From the NCBI RefSeq assembly GCF_025526975.1, contig NW_026515698.1:124001-188000 (forward strand): 64,000 nucleotides of DNA, given 5' to 3'. Under the pieces are notes generated by a model that saw only the letters and a list, made by a program, of their open reading frames with translations, made no database searches and had not been told where the DNA came from. The DNA comes from Fimicolochytrium jonesii. Taxonomy: Eukaryota. Below, one piece after another: positions 63,450 to 64,000 of this stretch (its first letter is position 1; every line of letters begins with the position of its first letter). A program made the translations under genes and the position numbers.

Positions 63450-64000
63450 TTTGGGGTGGGACTGCTGTGGGGGATGTGGTTGAGGAGTTTCTGTGGCGAG
63501 AAATTTGGATGCGTTTTGGAGAAAGGCGCTGGATGGCTTTATATGCAGGCTGGGAAGGTGCTCATACATGGACTATGGTTTACTTCCTTTATCGGAGACA
63601 TCGGGTGGGGCGAGAAGGAAACCGTGTGGATGACGAAAAAACGACTTTTGCTCTTCTCGCCGGACACAGCCTACAAACCCGATCTACGCGTCATGCAATG
63701 GCCATACGTGCGTCCACACGCACATGCGAGCCTGACCGTCTTGGGTTGGACACCACGGTCGACAAGCGCCCGTGCTTCACCGGGCGCAGAATTATACTTT
63801 GTTCCGCTTCCGCACCATCGCATCGGCTATCGGATCGGACGATCCTGCACATGACGCTCCGGGGGAGATTCACACACGTACGGAATCACACCCACGCCCG
63901 GTCAACGATGCAAGGACGGAAGCAGCCGTTCGCATCGGTGGCCGGGAGCTCCCATTTGGCATGAAGACCCCCGATCGCGTATGCGACAACCAGAAATTCG

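Overview
Compact, intron-containing eukaryotic DNA, most likely from an early-diverging (chytrid-like) fungus. The taxon is inferred from gene content (class C GPCR with Venus-flytrap domain, Lines homolog, DDX41, ARL2, PalA/Rim20), short GT-AG introns and high GC. The core segments (about 0-18.3 kb and 31-64 kb) hold housekeeping genes, often head-to-head: alpha-arrestin, a C2H2-finger/WD40 (Raf1/DIM-9-like) protein, NDUFA2, a GH5 endoglycoceramidase, ARL2, DPB4, RPB5, PSF1, DDX41, SEC22, PalA/ALIX, HSV2/WIPI, MPP10, TRM13, Lines, PIF1 and a lipocalin. A compositionally distinct island at about 18.3-30.9 kb carries a class C GPCR, a DUF829 gene, a dead intron-containing Tc1 transposon, a deleted pogo-like element, a MITE and a perfect hairpin. 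The most unusual signals are: (1) long introns of unrelated genes carry sense-strand GAGCG-N2/4-GCGA hairpin cassettes; (2) a strand-symmetric C-rich to G-rich sawtooth skew runs through the core genes; (3) a decayed RING + TerD-like gene of bacterial-type architecture; (4) at least 20 non-coding TAC(A/T)GTA heptamers that match Tc1/mariner excision footprints. No rRNA, tRNA or CRISPR array was recognised. All family calls are by eye from motifs; no database searches were run.
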